From the NCBI GenBank assembly GCA_965223335.1, contig OZ244991.1, positions 832,001 through 896,000 on the forward strand: a stretch of DNA of 64,000 bases. The letters run 5' to 3'. Position 1 is the stretch's first letter; every line of letters starts with the position of its first letter. The notes below the pieces were generated by a model. That model worked only from the letters and a program-made list of their open reading frames with translations, did not search any database and was not told where the DNA came from. Below, piece after piece: positions 59,942-64,000 of the stretch. A program made the position numbers and the translations under genes. This DNA is from Thermodesulfobacteriota bacterium. Its GTDB lineage: Bacteria; Desulfobacterota_D; UBA1144; Nemesobacterales; UBA2774.

Positions 59942-60418
59942 ATGAGAACATTGATAACCGCAGTATTAATTCTGTCTATAATGATACTATCGGCAAATAT
60001 TTCATATGCACACTGCCAGATACCATGCGGCATATATCACGACGAACTGCGCTTTGAGATGATTCTGGAAGACATCCAGACCATAGAGAAATCTATGAAC
60101 CAGATAACCGAACTATCTGGGGCCGAGGACAAAAACTATAACCAGCTCGTAAGATGGGTTAATAACAAAGAACTACACGCTCAAAAGATACAAGACACGA
60201 TAAGCGAATACTTCCTTGCCCAGCGCGTAAAGCCCACACCCCAAGACGACCCTAAATACGGGGACTATGTAAAGAGCCTTGAACTCCTCCACCAGATGAT
60301 TGTATACGCCATGAAAACAAAACAGTCCATAGACCCAGAGAATGTAGCAAAGCTAAAAAACGCTGCTACAGCATATAAGGAGCTTTATTTCAAAATGCAC
60401 GGCGATAAGCATAAATAA
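59942..60418 (+). CDS. sodN: Nickel superoxide dismutase with Sec signal peptide
   Basis: Ni-hook HCQIPCGIY directly after SYA cleavage site; NQLVRWVNNKE, YFLAQR. Confidence 0.9.
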   Translation: MRTLITAVLILSIMILSANISYAHCQIPCGIYHDELRFEMILEDIQTIEKSMNQITELSGAEDKNYNQLVRWVNNKELHAQKIQDTISEYFLAQRVKPTPQDDPKYGDYVKSLELLHQMIVYAMKTKQSIDPENVAKLKNAATAYKELYFKMHGDKHK

Positions 60419-60522
60419 TTGCAATTAAGACTTATCCAAGGATTAAACAGTAAGCTGTTTACAAATATGAAAGTTGTGAGATAATTATAGCCCTACTATT
60501 TTTTACGGTTTTGGAGGTAGAT

Positions 60523-60762
60523 ATGTCTAGAAAATGTATGATAACAGGTAAAGCCCCGCTGGTCGGCAACCACGTGTCTCACGCTAACAACAAGGTGAAA
60601 CGCCGCCAGAACCCAAACCTCCAGTGGAAAAGGATCTATGTCCCTGAGCTAGACAGAACCGTAAGGATACGCATCTCTACAAGAGCGCTTAGAACCATCA
60701 ACAAAAAAGGGCTCTTACCATTCCTAAAAGACAACGGTCTCACACTAAAAGACATCTCCTGA
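60523..60762 (+). CDS. rpmB: 50S ribosomal protein bL28
   Basis: MSRKCMITGK, GNHVSHANNK, PNLQ; SD GGAGG. Confidence 0.95.
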   Translation: MSRKCMITGKAPLVGNHVSHANNKVKRRQNPNLQWKRIYVPELDRTVRIRISTRALRTINKKGLLPFLKDNGLTLKDIS

Positions 60763-60837
60763 TATTAAATTAATTACTTTAAAACCGCCCACTCAACAGT
60801 ATAGTATAAATAGGCAGTACAAAGGAGTAATGTGCAG

Positions 60838-61257
60838 ATGAACAAAGCTGTATACGCATTATTCAAGTCTATTCTTATATCCAAGGCCAAGGACGTGGTT
60901 AAGGATAAAACCAGGCTAAATAATGTAATAAACGAGTCTAAAGCAAAGGCTGCGGAGTCCGAAGACACTATGAAATCGGTCAAATCCGACCTATCCACGC
61001 TTTTAGATATGCTTAGATCATGGTCGAGGGGTGAGTACAAAGTAACCCCGTGGAGAACTTTGGTACTCAGCACAGGGGCTCTGATCTATTTTATTAATCC
61101 ACTCGACGCCATCCCCGATGTTCTACCGCTGGCAGGGCTATTAGACGATGTAACGGTTATAGGTTTTGTTATAGCGTTCATCAAAAAAGATATCGACAGC
61201 TTCAAATCCTGGTGCTCCGATATCAATGAAACCACCAATCTCCCCCAGATTTCTTAA
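60838..61257 (+). CDS. YkvA/DUF1232 membrane protein
   Basis: LIYFINPLDAIPDVLPLAGLLDD. Confidence 0.85.
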   Translation: MNKAVYALFKSILISKAKDVVKDKTRLNNVINESKAKAAESEDTMKSVKSDLSTLLDMLRSWSRGEYKVTPWRTLVLSTGALIYFINPLDAIPDVLPLAGLLDDVTVIGFVIAFIKKDIDSFKSWCSDINETTNLPQIS

Positions 61258-61481
61258 ATGTTCCAAGTAGGTGACACCTACTGATTCCCGGCATAAAACT
61301 CAATATTGATACAAAAAGACGACAATTTCTGTCGTTGTAATTGTGTTAACAGACATATTTATTCCTTATTCATATCTTTTATGCCAAGTTAAACATAATA
61401 ATATCTAATTATTGCAGGTCATTACACACTTATCCATACTTCAAAGACCTTTGGCAAGATAAATGCATAGTTAATTATATT

Positions 61482-62153
61482 ATGAATTTTGCACATCGCA
61501 CATTTTGTGCACTATTTTTAAGCATATTTGTTGTGTGCTTACCTACCGTAATGGTTAATGAAACCCTCTCTGCTGAACTAATCGACAAAGAGAAAATCAC
61601 AAATTTATTGGTCAAAGGAAACATAGATGAGATACGCAGCATAGGGCCATCTGCAATAGATGTATTAGTGCAGTTATATCGGGAATCGGATAAAGATACT
61701 AGGGTGATAATTGCAAATGCTTTTTATAAATTAGGGGTAAATTCTCCCGAAGCAAAAAAAGCACTTCTGCAAGATATCTATACAACCGACAAGAGGCTGC
61801 GTATAACGGTTCAATATGCTCTCGGCAGAGTGAGTAACGATGATGAAGTGGTTGAGGTATTGCTGGATAACATGCGGAACGATCCAAGCCCTCTATTCCG
61901 TGATAAAGCAGCCTGTGCGCTGGCATATGACCAAATACACCTAACCGATATACAAAAGATTAAACTGTACGAAGGACTCATACACGCACTCGACGACCCA
62001 AACCCCCAGGTCCGTCATATATCTATTACAGCTCTAGAAATCCACACAGGCCAACGTAAAGGCTATAACCCCAATGACGATCTTATTGAAAGAACAGAAG
62101 AAGTAAGATTATGGAAACAATGGCTCGAAAAATACAAATCCAACATCTACTAA
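61482..62153 (+). CDS. Secreted HEAT-repeat protein
   Basis: Signal/TM N-terminus; HEAT-like repeats (LRITVQYALG, DPSPLFRDKAACAL, LDDPNPQVRHI). Confidence 0.65.
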   Translation: MNFAHRTFCALFLSIFVVCLPTVMVNETLSAELIDKEKITNLLVKGNIDEIRSIGPSAIDVLVQLYRESDKDTRVIIANAFYKLGVNSPEAKKALLQDIYTTDKRLRITVQYALGRVSNDDEVVEVLLDNMRNDPSPLFRDKAACALAYDQIHLTDIQKIKLYEGLIHALDDPNPQVRHISITALEIHTGQRKGYNPNDDLIERTEEVRLWKQWLEKYKSNIY

Positions 62154-63841
62154 TATATGCATTATTACTCGTCCTAGTTCCTGCTTCAGAGACGATCGGC
62201 TTGGAGCAGTCCAATATATTGGTCAGCTATAGTTTCGATGACGATAATGTTGCCACAGGCCCAGACACCTTCATGGTTTTTGAACGAGGCAAAGGCAATG
62301 TCAGCCTCACAGATCACTTCAGATTCAGCGGTTTTAACTCCATACAGATAAAAGATGTTAAACGCGATTACGATTTCCCTGAGCTTCAAGGTTACTTCAA
62401 AACTATTAAAACCGGCATCATATATGCCCACTTTGCCATACTCGTTACCAATCCAACAGAGGAGTTGAACATCGCACTTGCCGGACCCTCATGGTTTAGA
62501 TTGAAGAAACACGGAATAGCCTTTTGGCTTCTGACTAAAAAGAGTTACCTACACCACGTGTCCGACAGTATCCCAAAGAAGCTCTTTAAAGTGGAACCAT
62601 TTGTATGGTACGTAGTGGACATTACTTACTATGTGGACGAAGGGCTCTATGACCTCACCATACATAAAGAAAACACCCAAAACCCGATAGTGGTTCTTGA
62701 GGATCAAGAAAACTCCCCAAATAAACCCAAATCACATATAGATAAGTTTTCATTTATAGGAGACAGGGGAACCGACACTTCAAACGTAGCATATTATGTT
62801 GACGACATTGTTATCGGGACAGACAAAGAAATCCCTAAGCTCCCACATATAGCTCCGGGTAGAAAAAAACTTTTTGTCGACCAATATGACGAGATTCAAT
62901 ATAAAGCACGCCAAGAACCTGGCTGTCTCCCTGTTACTCAACTTCTTGACTTGGGTATCACTACCTTTGATATAATCTCACTCAAAAGCGATAAAAAATA
63001 TAATCTCCTGTCAGACCTATTAAAAGACAACTTTAGCTCCCACAAAATTAAAGCAGACATACAAAAAACATCCGGAAAGAACAAAAAGTTATTAACAGCT
63101 GTCTATAATTGGCGAAGCGGTTGTCGCGACCTCTCAGCTGGAAAGGCTAATAGAGCTTACAAAAAATTCCAAATGTCGTTGGATGAGTTTCCAAAGGGCA
63201 GAATCTACTCTTTATCACGCATATTGGCCCTAGCAGATTTAGAAAGATGGGAGGAGGTTGATGAAAATCTAGGATACATCTATCCGGACTGGCAGGGGGA
63301 CCCACGCTATGCCATAGCTCAAGCGTTGATCGGAATAAAGAGGGGAGATCTTGGGCGCGCCCAAGATTACCTAAAAGAACCGGCAGAACTGATTCCCGAT
63401 GAATTCGGCGATGAGCTATCAAACTCACTGATACTCAGATTATGGGACGGAGAGCTTGATAGAGATGTTATTAGAGCCTTGAAAAAATATGCCCCGAATG
63501 ACTGGTATAAATATCTGGAAAGCGCTTTAATAGCCGAGCAGCATTATTATGTGTTGCTATGGAATGGCCAATATGACGACGCGATGCTGTATGCCCAAAG
63601 AATTATAGACAGACTGGATTTAATAGCGGCACCAAAAACCAAGTGGCTTGAAAGAATGGGAGATGCAGCATTTTTTAATGAGGAATACAATACTGCTCTA
63701 TCTTATTATCAAACTAGTCTCGAAAAGCAACGTCATCCCTATCATGTACTACTAAAAATATCAGACACCTACTTTATGCTTAGGGACGAAAAAAATGAAC
63801 GGGAATACCGAGAAAAAATCTATGGGAGTTTAACAAATTGA
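62111..63841 (+). CDS. Secreted hypothetical protein, beta-rich N-domain plus TPR-like C-domain
   Basis: 576 aa ORF; hydrophobic leader; YSFDD...YYVDDIVI beta-sandwich-like bracket; helical TPR-like repeats. Confidence 0.55.
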   Translation: METMARKIQIQHLLIYALLLVLVPASETIGLEQSNILVSYSFDDDNVATGPDTFMVFERGKGNVSLTDHFRFSGFNSIQIKDVKRDYDFPELQGYFKTIKTGIIYAHFAILVTNPTEELNIALAGPSWFRLKKHGIAFWLLTKKSYLHHVSDSIPKKLFKVEPFVWYVVDITYYVDEGLYDLTIHKENTQNPIVVLEDQENSPNKPKSHIDKFSFIGDRGTDTSNVAYYVDDIVIGTDKEIPKLPHIAPGRKKLFVDQYDEIQYKARQEPGCLPVTQLLDLGITTFDIISLKSDKKYNLLSDLLKDNFSSHKIKADIQKTSGKNKKLLTAVYNWRSGCRDLSAGKANRAYKKFQMSLDEFPKGRIYSLSRILALADLERWEEVDENLGYIYPDWQGDPRYAIAQALIGIKRGDLGRAQDYLKEPAELIPDEFGDELSNSLILRLWDGELDRDVIRALKKYAPNDWYKYLESALIAEQHYYVLLWNGQYDDAMLYAQRIIDRLDLIAAPKTKWLERMGDAAFFNEEYNTALSYYQTSLEKQRHPYHVLLKISDTYFMLRDEKNEREYREKIYGSLTN

Positions 63842-64000
63842 TCAAGAAACAGTGTTTACTTATCCTCCTGTTCATGTTACTTGGCCTAGACTCAATACCT
63901 GCACTTGCCTCTTCTATGACTGTGGAAGAGGCATATGAAGCTATACCACACCGCCAAACCACTTTTGACATCAACTACTCACTCATGAGCAGCAAAGAAG
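63838..64000 (+). CDS. Partial secreted hypothetical protein (runs off window)
   Basis: TTG overlapping the previous stop; MIKKQCLLILLFMLLGLDSIPALA signal peptide; frame open to the window end. Confidence 0.55.
   Translation, partial: MIKKQCLLILLFMLLGLDSIPALASSMTVEEAYEAIPHRQTTFDINYSLMSSKE

Noticed and set aside
60523..60762. bL28 as a Zur-regulated zinc-free paralogue
   Set aside because: Single-Cys bL28 is the ordinary form in many bacteria, and no operator copy was seen upstream.
180..63974. Numerous antisense and alternative-frame ORFs in the ORF track (e.g. 7280-7801, 25001-25741, 50696-51274)
   Set aside because: They are shadows of well-supported genes and have no recognisable motifs.

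Overview
A 64 kb, gene-dense stretch of a Gram-negative bacterial chromosome. It resembles deltaproteobacterial/Desulfobacterota-related genomes and could be a Dadabacteria-type lineage, but that is an impression only. Contents in order: SPOR protein and tRNA-Leu(CAG); a type II secretion operon gspC-D-E-F-G-H-I-J-K ending in a RavA-like MoxR ATPase instead of gspL/M; dacB; polA; an lsrF + Zn-dehydrogenase pair; bioB-bioA-bioF; a three-gene MEDS/GAF signalling locus; an aldehyde dehydrogenase; prs-rplY-pth-hppA-rpsF-rpsR-rplI; a Cys-type thi4; ridA and degP; DUF482-clpS-clpA; a large Fur-family metal-uptake operon (ECF transporter, CxxC/RSPP leader ORF, outer-membrane barrel, ABC transporter); a signal-peptide NiSOD; rpmB; and an AT-richer cluster of secreted hypothetical proteins at the right edge. 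No CRISPR array, transposase or integrase was seen. The strongest leads are the two-layer metal-sensing operon with a probable ribosome-stalling leader, the LysM-fused secretin with an ATA-initiated gspI and coupled RavA, the orphan LsrF/dehydrogenase pair as a possible new deoxypentulose-phosphate pathway, and DUF482 occupying the aat position beside clpSA. All assignments come from motif recognition; no database searches were run.
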